Assembly (NCBI RefSeq): GCF_001194135.2
Contig: NC_068982.1
Location: 149,371,456-149,435,455 of the forward strand
Direction of reading: 5' to 3'
Length of the DNA: 64,000 nt
Source of the DNA: Octopus bimaculoides
Lineage: Eukaryota
The notes beneath the pieces are model-generated. The model was not told where the DNA came from and ran no database searches. It worked only from the letters and a program-made list of their open reading frames with translations. The translations under genes and the position numbers were made by a program. The number at the start of each line of letters is the position of its first letter. Within the stretch, counting starts at the first letter, position 1. This document shows positions 25,500-36,938 of this stretch, piece by piece.

Positions 25500-26054
25500 C
25501 ATGACTATGTTGTAAGAAGCCTGCTTTCCAGCCACAGGGTTCCAGGTTCAGTCCCACTGCATGGCACATTGGGCAAGTGTCTTCTCCTATAGCCTTCAGC
25601 CGACCAAAACCTTGTGAATAGATTTGGTAGATGGAAACTGAAAGAAGCCTGTCATGTATATATATATGTATATGTATGTATATGTATATGTATGTATATG
25701 TATATGTATGTATATATGTATATATATANNNNNNNNNNNNNNNNNNNNNNNNNNNNNNNNNNNNNNNNNNNNNNNNNNNNNNNNNNNNNNNNNNNNNNNN
25801 NNNNNNNNNNNNNNNNNNNNNNNNNNNNNNNNNNNNNNNNNNNNNNNNNNNNNNNNNNNNNNNNNNNNNNNNNNNNNNNNNNNNNNNNNNNNNNNNNNNN
25901 NNNNNNNNNNNNNNNNNNNNNNNNNNNNNNNNNNNNNNNNNNNNNNNNNNNNNNNNNNNNNNNNNNNNNNNNNNNNNNNNNNNNNNNNNNNNNNNNNNNN
26001 NNNNNNNNNNNNNNNNNNNNNNNNNNNNNNNATGTGATGATGATGATATATATA

Positions 26055-26087
<33 letters not shown>

Positions 26088-26340
26088 CCATGTATATACG
26101 GATATATAAATGTGTGTGTGCATCTGTGTCTTTGCATCTGTGTTTGTTCCCCCACCCCATCACTTGACAACCAATGTTGGTGTGTTTCTGTCCCCGAAAC
26201 TTAGCAGTTTGGCAAAAGAGACCGATAGAATAAGTACTAGGCTTACAAAGAATAAGTCCTGGGGTTGATTTCTTCGACTAAAGGCGATGCTCCAGCATGG
26301 CTGCAGTCAAGTGACTGAAACATGTAAAAGAGTAAAAGAG
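25500..26340 (+). mobile_element. SINE family A spanning a gap in its microsatellite
   Basis: The head lies before the gap at 25729-26030 and the tail lies after it. Confidence 0.85.
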
Positions 26341-26499
26341 TAACCATTTTGAAGCCAGAAATAGCAGCCAAATTTCCAACAAATAGCACATAGATGGCAT
26401 ACAGTCCAGATAATACGTAGTCTTGAATATATTGTCTTAGCTTGCTCAAGCTGTATTCCTAGTTTATTGGGTAATTCAAACTTGATTCTCTTTTGCATT

Positions 26500-26900
26500 C
26501 TCAATATAGTGGGAATTAACAAACTTAATGTTAAGATCCAGCCAAATGAAAACCAGATTGGTCATCAATACAGAATTACAGATGTTTGTATGACATGAAG
26601 TCATATTCTTGATGAAAGTGATAATGATTTGTCTAAAAGGAAGGGTGGGGGTCTCAGTCAGGTGATGGTTCTTGTGATGCCATATTGGTATTGGATTCTT
26701 GGATTGCCAATTCCAGACAATATCCTCAATTTTAGGTGTCTCTGTTCCAAAGTTTTCAATCAATGTCTTTTTATTTGTTACATGTGTTTTTATGTGTTCT
26801 GGATATGGTGCTTCCTTGTAGATGTTGGTTGTCATCCCCATGTTGATTGAGTTAAATAAAGACAAGATGATCGTGTATTGAAAACCTTTGCTCACATATC
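26500..26900 (-). mobile_element. Decayed Penelope-like endonuclease fragment
   Basis: Loose similarity to the PLE region T.LS..VW.LK..I.Y.I, plus a later CNS-containing segment. Confidence 0.35.
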
Positions 26901-27664
26901 TACTTGATTAATATTGATTAAAGGTTCAACAACAACGTCTACAACTACAACAATCATTTTGGAGATAATCAAAAGTATGAAAGTTTATAAACTCTTATGA
27001 CTTTCAACTATTCAGTTCTAACATAATTAGAAATAAAATCTTTCAATTTATATATATATATATATATTTAATTCTGTAATAAACTTCTTTGCACATCACT
27101 GATATTTATTCAAATTCCAACATTTATATTCCTCTAATGAGATACTTTTCTAATTAGTGTTAAATGCCTTCAGGATATTCATTCCTTAGAGAATTATACC
27201 AAAAATAGCCAAAACAAAATTTACTTCACTTCAGATTACTGGATACAATAACTGCCAATGTGACAGAGTAATCTTTTGACCTTTAAGAGCATCACTTGTA
27301 CATTTTCAATCCCAAAGCTGGAAACAAAAGCAAAAATTCTCTTAAAATTATTGAGGAGACTGTGTCTATATGAAGTGTCACCAAAACTAATAGTCTAGGT
27401 TATTATTTTAGATATTTCATTTATCTTCAGATGTGAGAATTTTCTCTCAATTTTTTTAAGGTTATTTGAGGCTTTCAAATTGAAGTCATTGTTGCTAGTT
27501 TAATATTCCAGTACTGTTTGGTTATTATTGAATTTTGAAAAACTACCTCAAGCAAAAGAACATGAATTGGTTTTTGCATTATTGATATTTGTTTAAATTC
27601 GTATATTTACACCCAACTTGAATGATATCTTTCTGATTATTGTCTCAAACCATCCAGTTCTTAA

Positions 27665-27874
27665 CACTTTAGCATTCAGATTACTCTGTCAAAAGTAATG
27701 CTTATTTATTCAATTTTTTAAAAAATTAATCATGTATAAGCTTGTAGCTTCGAAATTTCAAAGATGTAATTGAATGACATTGCAGGGTAAGCGTGAGAGG
27801 CCAAATCTGACCAATTTGAACATAAAACCGGTAGTATATTTGAGCTGGATACAGTCACTTTAAATTCTAAAGGG
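27665..27874. mobile_element. piggyBac-like MITE, about 210 bp
   Basis: The flanks are TTAA and TTAG. The ends cactttagcatt / aattctaaaggg are short TIRs of the CCC..GGG type. A second copy lies at about 13250. Confidence 0.65.
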
Positions 27875-28488
27875 TTAGAGGATTAAACTAAAAATAGCCA
27901 AAATGAATTTTATTTTGTTCAAACTACACAAAAACTGTAACTGCACACATGGCACAGCAGTTCATTGGTTTCTAAGTTGGTTAGTTGTATATGTCTGATC
28001 CCTGGAATGGGCAACAAAATTTCTATAAAGCCTCCTTAAGAGGCTTCATCCTTGTGAAGCATTATCAAAACCAACCAGGGTATTCAGTACATTAGGCTAA
28101 CCCTATAATGTTTGACTCCCACCCACCCCCATCTCCCAGACCTACAATGCAAAGCCCCTTCTCCAGTGTTTCTCTACAACATCACCAACCTATTTCTGTA
28201 CTCTCCTTTTTAAATATTTGTTGGAGATTTGGCATTTATTTCTAGGTTCCCTCATAATTTCTCAAATAGAATCCATCTGTTCTCTTGGCCAATCCTTTTG
28301 ATCTAAATTGACCTTACTTTCCCACACGTCCAGAAAACATATGTAGATAACATCAAACTCACATCCTCACACCATTCTTTAGTCATTAGACATTGCTTCA
28401 CCACTATTTCAACCCTACTTAAATCATAGCACACATGCATGCACACACACATACAGAAAACAAAATGAAAGATGCATAAAACAATTCT

Positions 28489-28702
28489 TTTCTGTTCTAG
28501 GCCCAAGGCCCAAAATTTTGGGGGATAGGGCCAGTCGATTAGATCTACCCCAGTACACAACTGGTACTTAATTTATCAACCCCAAAAGGATGAAAGGCAA
28601 AGTCGACCTCGGCAAAATTTAAACTCAGAACGTAAAGACAGATGAAATACCACTAAGCATTTTGCCCGGAGTGCTAACCATGCTGCCAGCGCACCACCTT
28701 CC
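28489..28702 (-). mobile_element. SINE family B with a 16-bp TSD
   Basis: tgcataaaacaattct occurs at 28473-28488 and again at 28703-28718. Confidence 0.92.
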
Positions 28703-29589
28703 TGCATAAAACAATTCTACAACATTTGCAACATATACAGAAGACAAATTAAGGAAGGAAAAACACTGTGCAAAAATAGTTACAGCAATCACAGGTACCA
28801 CATTGGTGTAACAGAAATAAAAGCTTCCGATGGTGTACAAGCAATACATTATGTCTCTCGTGGATAATGTGAACCCTTCCTGAAACCTAAGTCTTCCTAC
28901 AATAACCAGCAAAGATCACCAAAGCAAGCACTATACATCATAACAGGTTGTGAATAGACCACACTCAAAGACATCTTACTCAATGAAACGAAAGAATTAA
29001 TTTTCTTTTTTTAAATTTACCTCAACATGCAAGAGGTAACAGTTTGTTGCAGCTACAAGGTTGGATCCAGACAGTACCTGTCAATAAATGAAAATCACTT
29101 CATTAATAACCTTACTAACTCCAAATATTGTACTAGAATGCAAGGAGCAGCAATAGTCATACTCTGACCAAGTCTGCTTTTCCCTTCCTCCACTGAGATC
29201 ACTGAACACACAGTAAAAAGTGGGAATAATGGGGTGTGTGCATTCCATACTGCACATCTGTCAAAATATGTAGTATTGTCTCCCTTTATTGACTAAATCT
29301 TCAATGCATGTTCTGAAAGTTGTGGAGGATGTTATATGTAACACTTCTCACAAATCACACCTTATTGTCATTAAAAAGTAAGTATACATCAAGAGAAGTA
29401 ATCTTAGACATCTATAAAAAGACATGATCATCATGATTGAGGCCTATAAGAGCTAGGTAGGTCCATCTTGTATATTATTTCAGGGCCCTGGGAGTCATGG
29501 AGAAATCCACAAATATCTTTTAGGCCCTTCCTAGAAGAAAAGCTCATAGTGCCATTATGTTTTGAGAGAACACCCTAGCGCCAGGCCAA

Positions 29590-29880
29590 AAAAACAGTCT
29601 TGTTTTGCCTTGTTAAATATCTCTTGGAGGCTCTGGGCAGTTGCCAGACACCGAAAGCTTAGTGTGTCAATGCCCTGAGAAGCAAGACATTCAAGATATG
29701 GTGACTGATGGAGGGTATTTGTTTGGTTGCCTGTCTCTAGACAGCTTCCAGTAGATCAATATTCTTAGCCAGATAGGAGTTCCAGACAGGAGATGCAAAC
29801 TGTAAAAGTGGATGTGCCACAGCCATATATAGCAGTAAATAAATAGCCAGAGAGTGACTAATAAAGATCTTACTGAATGA
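29590..29880 (-). mobile_element. CR1/L2-type LINE RT C-terminal fragment
   Basis: HPLLQFASPVWNSYLAKNIDLLEAV matches the RPxLEYASxVWxPY..DI.LLE.VQ motif. Confidence 0.8.
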
Positions 29881-30321
29881 TGCCAAAACAACTTCAGCCA
29901 TATTGATGATTTTAAAAATATATTTCATCCAACACAGATCGTATAAAGTAATCATTTTAATTGACTACTCTCCACTCCAAACTGTGATGTCTTTTTCCAT
30001 TCCAAATTTATAAAGAATTAGTTTTAAATAATTTAGAAAACAAAAAGAAAAATAACCTAAAGGTAAAAGCAATCTAGTTTAACATTAGCTTACAAGTTGC
30101 TAGCTGCACTATGTTTCACTTATTCATTCATTCAGCAATTATCTTCAGGTAATTTGTTACTACATTTAGAAATGTTTTTTAAAAAATGATTATAATAGCA
30201 AATACACATTAGAGGACTGTGATAGGATTGACTATCTTAAGGAAAACAAATTTACTTCAATTGCACTATAAATATTAAATATCAATTATGGTCATTTAAG
30301 ATTTGCAATAGTACAGTGTAT

Positions 30322-30630
30322 GGAGAAGCAATGGCCCAGTGGTTAGGGCAGCGGACTTGCAGTCGGAGAATCGCAGTTTCGATTTCCAGACCGAGCATTG
30401 CATGTGTTTATTGAGCAAAAACACCTAATGCTTCACGAGGCTCCGGCAGGGGGTAGTGGCGACCCCTGTTGTACTCTTTTGCCCCAACTTTCTCTCGCTC
30501 TTTCTTCCCGTTTCTTGAGTAACGCTGCGATGGACTGGCGTCCCATCCAGCTGGGGGGAACACATACACCATAGAAACCAGGAAACCGGGCCCATGAGCC
30601 TGGCTAGGCTTTAAAAGGGTGCATAAATAA
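30322..30630 (+). mobile_element. tRNA-derived SINE carrying a V-domain-like core
   Basis: A tRNA head (tggcccagtggttaggg..gtttcgatttcc), the motif gcgatggactggcgtcccatccag at 30527-30550, and an A-rich tail. Confidence 0.7.
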
Positions 30631-31865
30631 AAAAATTAAAATAGCTCAGTGTTACCATAATCCTCTTACATAGTATGCACTAAGTTTTAATAGCTTGTAT
30701 ATCTTTTTTTTTCTCTTTTTAGATAATCAACAATACATGCAATATACAGAACTTTTAAGAAAGCAAATACAAATATTATATATATATATATACATTATAT
30801 ACATATATACTATATACATATATATACATATATATACATACACACATACATACTCACACACACACACACACATTCATACACACACACACACACATAGGTA
30901 CGTGCCCATATGTTTATGTATATATGTGTTTGTATGAATTATTTTACTAATTTCTTTCATTGGACAGCAGTCATGCAGGGCAACCACTTAAATGATTTTA
31001 GTGAATTAAATCAACCCCTGGCCAGTATTACTTAGTCTGATATTTAATTTATAAATCTTTTATCAAATGGCTAAGTTGATTGAGTTTTGTCTCTTCAGAC
31101 AGATTTACCTTCCTTTTATGGACATAAATGCTGAAAAGNNNNNNNNNNNNNNNNNNNNNNNNNNNNNNNNNNNNNNNNNNNNNNNNNNNNNNNNNNNNNN
31201 NNNNNNNNNNNNNNNACACACATACACACATGGACACATACATACATGTGCACATATATTCCACAGGCTCTCTGCATAGTCTGCAAGACAAACAAGATGC
31301 CAATAACCATATATTCATGAACTAGATAGAGAAAGCACTAAATGACAGCACTACAACTTTATATAGAATTCCACAAAAAAAAATTAATTAATTAGAATAG
31401 CTATGGAAGCTTCATTTGTTATCAAGGGATCTGTTCCATGTTATTTTTTGGACCATTATCTCACCTGATATTTGCTCTGTAATTGGACTCAAAGTATGTA
31501 AATTTGTCCATGTAAAAAAACACAAAAAACACAAAAAAACATCATCATAAAAAAATGAAGTCTTAAAATTTCTCTGTATTTAAATTAAACATTATGGTAA
31601 GCTTTCAAAATCTGGAAGAGAAGGACAGTATGCAACTGGTAGCTATGGGTGTCAATTACCTACTCAATATTTTGTATACTCAGTCAGATGCTTCCCGGTG
31701 AGTTCATGTCCAAACAAGTAAGAGGAGGTTTTGCATTGCGAAAACGCAACAAGGTGTATATATGGGTTAACTTAGTTATACTTTCCTTTCCCAGCATCAC
31801 TTTCTTTACATTACATATGGTCTCCACAGACTGATTGAACTACCTTTGTGTGTGTGTGTGTAATA

Positions 31866-32027
31866 GGCACAGGCATGGCTGTCTGATAAGAAGCTTGCTT
31901 CCCAACCACATGGTTCTGGGTTCACTCTCACTGTGTGACACCTTGGACAAGTGTCTTCAACTATAGCTTCAGGCTGACCAAAGCTTTGTGAGTGGGTAGA
32001 CAGAAACTGGAAGAAGCCCATCATATA
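31866..32027 (+). mobile_element. SINE A head, interrupted at a TA by a mariner element
   Basis: The family A head ends at ..aagaagcccatcatata, immediately before the mariner TIR. Confidence 0.8.
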
Positions 32028-33075
32028 TTGAGTTGGCAACTAAGTTCCTGCCGTTTTTTTTAATTAAAATTTTTTAAAAGGTTTAATAAAAAATAACAAC
32101 TAATTAATCAATCATGCGTTCACCCTTGTTGTTTACAACTTCTTCCCAACGTTCACCAAGATTTTCAATACCTCGTTGGTAGAAATCAGCCGATTTCAAC
32201 TTGAAAAACTGATCCAACCAAGCTCTCAATTCTGCATCAGTATTGAATGAAACTCCGTGCATAGCATTTGAAAGAGATCTAAAGAGGTGGAAATCCATTC
32301 GTGCCAAATCAGGATAGTACAGCGGGTGTGACAGCACTTCTCAGCCATGCGTTTGAATGACTTCCTTGGTCATATTGGCGATATGAGGGCGGGCGCTGTT
32401 GTGCAGCAGAAGAACTCCATACTGCCGATTAGATCTTTTCTCTTGAATAGCCGTGTTGAGTCGTNNNNNNNNNNNNNNNNNNNNNNNNNNNNNNNNNNNN
32501 NNNNNNNNNNNNNNNNNNNNNNNNNNNNNNNNNNNNNNNNNNNNNNNNNNNNNNNNNNNNNNNNNNNNNNNNNNNNNNNNNNNNNNNNNNNNNNNNNNNN
32601 NNNNNNNNNNNNNNNNNNNNNNNNNNNNNNNNNNNNNNNNNNNNNNNNNNNNNNNNNNNNNNNNNNNNNNNNNNNNNNNNNNNNNNNNNNNNNNNNNNNN
32701 NNNNNNNNNNNNNNNNNNNNNNNNNNNNNNNNNNNNNNNNNNNNNNNNNNNNNNNNNNNNNNNNNNNNNNNNNNNNNNNNNNNNNNNNNNNNNNNNNNNN
32801 NNNNNNNNNNNNNNNNNNNNNNNNNNNNNNNNNNNNNNNNNNNNNNNNNNNNNNNNNNNNNNNNNNNNNNNNNNNNNNNNNNNNNNNNNNNNNNNNNNNN
32901 NNNNNNNNNNNNNNNNNNNNNNNNNNNNNNNNNNNNNNNNNNNNNNNNNNNNNNNNNNNNNNNNNNNCCATCGAGTGAAGATAGCAGTATGGGAGCATTC
33001 CATTTTCTCTGCCAGTTCCCTTGTCGTTTGACGAGAATTTTCGAGCAAAAGTTGGTTTAATCGCTCTTCATCGAA
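32028..33075 (-). mobile_element. Mariner (DD34D-type) transposon, 5'-truncated, with a gap in the middle
   Basis: FDEERLNQLLLENSRQTTRELAEKMECSHTAI (HTH), LLLHNSARPH and HPLYYPDLARMDFHLFRSL..ERWEEVVNNKG. The TIR is ttgagttggcaactaagttcc. Confidence 0.92.
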
Positions 33076-33104
33076 TGTGGATTTGGTAGATGGCAACTGA
33101 AAGA

Positions 33105-33334
33105 AGTGGTTAGTGTTTGGAAGGGCATCCAATTGTAAAAATCTTGGCAAAACTGACCTCGCCTGTGCTTGTGCCACATAAAAAGCACTAAGTCCACTCT
33201 GCTGAGTGGTTGGTGTTAGGAAGGGCATCCAGCTGTAAAAATCCTGTCAAAACAGTCACAGAAGTCTGGTGCAGGCTTCGGCCTGGCCAGCTCTTGTGGT
33301 GCCGTCCCACCCATGCTACCATGGAAAACGGACA

Positions 33335-33374
<40 letters not shown>

Positions 33375-33375
33375 G
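33105..33375 (+). mobile_element. SINE family C (RTE-like tail, (GAT)n end)
   Basis: ggttggtgttaggaagggcatccagctgtaaaa..cccatgctaccatggaaaacggacatt-(gat)n. Confidence 0.85.
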
Positions 33376-33399
33376 TGATGATGATGTTTGCTATGTATA

Positions 33400-33708
33400 T
33401 GACGATATATATATATTTATATACATACATATGTGTATATATACATTTGTATATGTATCTATGTGTGTGTGTCTTTGTGTCTGTGTTTGTCCCTCCAACT
33501 CTGCTTAACAACTGGTGTTGGTGTGCTTGCATCCCCATAACTGAACAGTTCGGCAAAAGAGACTGATAGAATAAGTGCCAGGCTTTAGAAAATAAAAACA
33601 TACGTACTGGAGTTGATTCATTCAACTAAAAATAAAAATTCTTCAAGACAGTGCCCCAGCATGGCCACACTCTAATTACTGAAACAAGTAATAGATAAAA
33701 GATAAAGA
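33400..33708 (+). mobile_element. SINE family A, 3' half
   Basis: Same family motifs as the other copies. Confidence 0.8.
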
Positions 33709-34407
33709 CACTGGTCATTGTGAATTTTCCAATTTTCTTTGACAGTTTGACATCAAGACTTTTCTTTTCTTTCCATGTTTATCTTCTTCCAACATTTTGG
33801 AACGACAAACCTTAATCCATCTCCAGCCACAATTTTATGAACTAAAGGAGTGAGCTCTTTCTACTATCAAACTGTTTCTCTTCCTTATTTTTGGCATTAG
33901 TGATATCAGTACAACTATTATAACAAATTATGTTGTCATCGTTTCTGGTAGTCATGTTGCTGTCATTGTAGCTGTTGTTAATGTCATTATTGTTGTTTTT
34001 ACATCATTTTAATCTTCCCTTTACTGCAACTATAATTGCTGTTAATGTTATTGTTACTATTAATATTCCATACAATTATCCAGTTTTTCCATCATTTCTC
34101 AAATCAAGGGGACAAATGTAACAGAAGCACCAGCTGAAATGGTCTCTAAACCATGGCGGTGATAACAAATTGATTTGGCATTTATTTGTGTTAACACTTT
34201 GCGTGTTACTGTGCTACTGGAATATCAGCTGTTCTGTCTGCTCTGAGGAAGTTATACGGTGATGCACAAGTACCTCGTCTTGGAGCACACTGCATCTTAT
34301 AGCAGAAACAGCCGTAACCCAATGAAGTTCATTGCATAATTTCCTATTCTTTTATCATTTATTTAATTTTATATTATGGTCTGTACTCAATTAATGCATC
34401 ATTCTGA

Positions 34408-34440
<33 letters not shown>

Positions 34441-35329
34441 NNNNNNNNNNNNNNNNNNNNNNNNNNNNNNNNNNNNNNNNNNNNNNNNNNNNNNNNNNNN
34501 NNNNNNNNNNNNNNNNNNNNNNNNNNNNNNNNNNNNNNNNNNNNNNNNNNNNNNNNNNNNNNNNNNNNNNNNNNNNNNNNNNNNNNNNNNNNNNNNNNNN
34601 NNNNNNNNNNNNNNNNNNNNNNNNNNNNNNNNNNNNNNNNNNNNNNNNNNNNNNNNNNNNNNNNNNNNNNNNNNNNNNNNNNNNNNNNNNNNNNNNNNNN
34701 NNNNNNNNNNNNNNNNNNNNNNNNNNNNNNNNNNNNNNNNNNNNNNNNNNNNNNNNNNNNNNNNNNNNNNNNNNNNNNNNNNNNNNNNNNNNNNNNNNNN
34801 NNNNNNNNNNNNNNNNNNNNNNNNNNNNNNNNNNNNNNNNNNNNNNNNNNNNNNNNNNNNNNNNNNNNNNNNNNNNNNNNNNNNNNNNNNNNNNNNNNNN
34901 NNNNNNNNNNNNNNNNNNNNNNNNNNNNNNNNNNNNNNNNNNNNNNNNNNNNNNNNNNNNNNNNNNNNNNNNNNNNNNNNNNNNNNNNNNNNNNNNNNNN
35001 NNNNNNNNNNNNNNNNNNNNNNNNNNNNNNNNNNNNNNNNNNNNNNNNNNNNNNNNNNNNNNNNNNNNNNNNNNNNNNNNNNNNNNNNNNNNNNNNNNNN
35101 NNNNNNNNNNNNNNNNNNNNNNNNNNNNNNNNNNNNNNNNNNNNNNNNNNNNNNNNNNNNNNNNNNNNNNNNNNNNNNNNNNNNNNNNNNNNNNNNNNNN
35201 NNNNNNNNNNNNNNNNNNNNNNNNNNNNNNNNNNNNNNNNNNNNNNNNNNNNNNNNNNNNNNATATATATATATATATATATATATATCTGTGAGAGTTA
35301 CAGGCTGGGAAACCAACCAACTAAGGGAT

Positions 35330-35720
35330 AGTACCTATGTACCTATCCAATTAACTGCTGGTAGTGTACCAAAATGCTGGTTATTGCATGGCAATCTCAC
35401 AATTGAGTGTCATATATGGGTGGGGGTAAAAAGTGGTTTACCCTTAATTTATACAGCAAATAAGAAATTAGAGAGGATACAAAAGGACATACATCATCTG
35501 GTAGACATTCCAGATTTCTAAAGGTTCATAAGGAGAAATTCAACGGGATTGGGCGACTACATATGGGAACTTAAGGATAAGGGTATTGAGTATATCCTAC
35601 ATTGGAAGATTTTAACCACAGCACCAGCGTGTAGTACAAAGAAGAGGAAATGCATGTAATATGTAAATGAAATTTTCTTCATGGTTAAAACCAACCTTTC
35701 ACTTGTTAATTCTCTTAAGG
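35330..35720 (+). mobile_element. Penelope-like GIY-YIG fragment
   Basis: STGLGDYIWELKDKGIEYILHWKILTTAPACSTKKRKC at about 35540-35655. Confidence 0.75.
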
Positions 35721-36414
35721 AGAGAAATATTTCCTGCCTTCACAAGACTAAGCACACTTTTATTACATACCATTAGTACTAGTTATTTAACCCCCCCCCC
35801 CTCCACTAGCACTAGCACCCCTCCTTATTCATATCATAATAACAATTTCCTATTATCAATACCTTCCTGTACATGGTCACCATATAATGTTTGCCTTAAC
35901 CCAACAATTGTGCATTATGCTCTGGTTCTTCCCACCCTAACTAGTATGCGATTTACCTTTTCCAGGTAGGTTCTTGCAAATACTTTTGGGTGTATGTATG
36001 TATGTATGAATATATTCATGTATGCTGCATGTGCGGATGTATATATGCATGTATACATGTATGTGTGTATCTATGTATGTGTGTGTGCACACATATAAGT
36101 ACATACGATTGTAACCCTATTTCTGTGTGTGTGTGTGTGTGTAAGTATGTGTTGGTATAGGGCTATGTATGTATAGGTGAATACATGTATTGTGTCTGTA
36201 TGTATGAGTGAGCATAGATCAGGAATGAGGACAGAAACAGGTGTGCTTCCGCAAAGGAGATACATGGTTACCCAACCTGAGGGAAATGCAGGAGAAGGAG
36301 AAAGAGAAAGTGGAAGACAGCAGGATAGAGATAGTGGCAAAGTGCCCGGCACACCGAAAAGTACATTACAATAAAGATACTGACAAAGACAGTAATAACG
36401 ACAACATTTGACAA

Positions 36415-36836
36415 CACATGACAGGCTTCTGTATAGTTTCTATCACAATCAAATTTCACTAATGAAGAAACAGTCATCCCAAGGAGGCACTAGCCAAAAG
36501 TGCCCTACAGTGGAACTGAACTCCAAATCATGTGGTTATGAATCAAGCTATTTCACCACACAGCCTGTTCTTACATCTTTTATCATTTACTTGTTTCAGT
36601 CAATTGACTGTGGCCATGCTAGAGCACTGCCTTGAAGGATTTTTTTTTGTTTTTGTTGAAAAAAGTCAATCCCAATACGTATGTTTCTAAGCCTGGTACT
36701 AATCCTATCAGTCTTTTTTTGCTGAACTACCAAGTTACAGGGATGTAAATACACCAACACCGGTTATCAAGTGCTGGTAGGAGAGAAACATAGACACAAA
36801 GACACTCACACACACACACACACATACACACACACA

Positions 36837-36882
<46 letters not shown>

Positions 36883-36885
36883 TAC

Positions 36886-36935
<50 letters not shown>
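36415..36935 (-). mobile_element. Two adjacent SINE A pieces (a head at 36415-36568 and a 3' half at 36575-36935)
   Basis: Family motifs are present in reverse complement. Confidence 0.7.

Positions 36936-36938
<3 letters not shown>

Noticed and set aside
24722-30400. tRNA-like sequences at 24722 and 30322, and in SINE heads
   Set aside because: They have A/B-box-like motifs but no complete cloverleaf, and they continue into SINE bodies.
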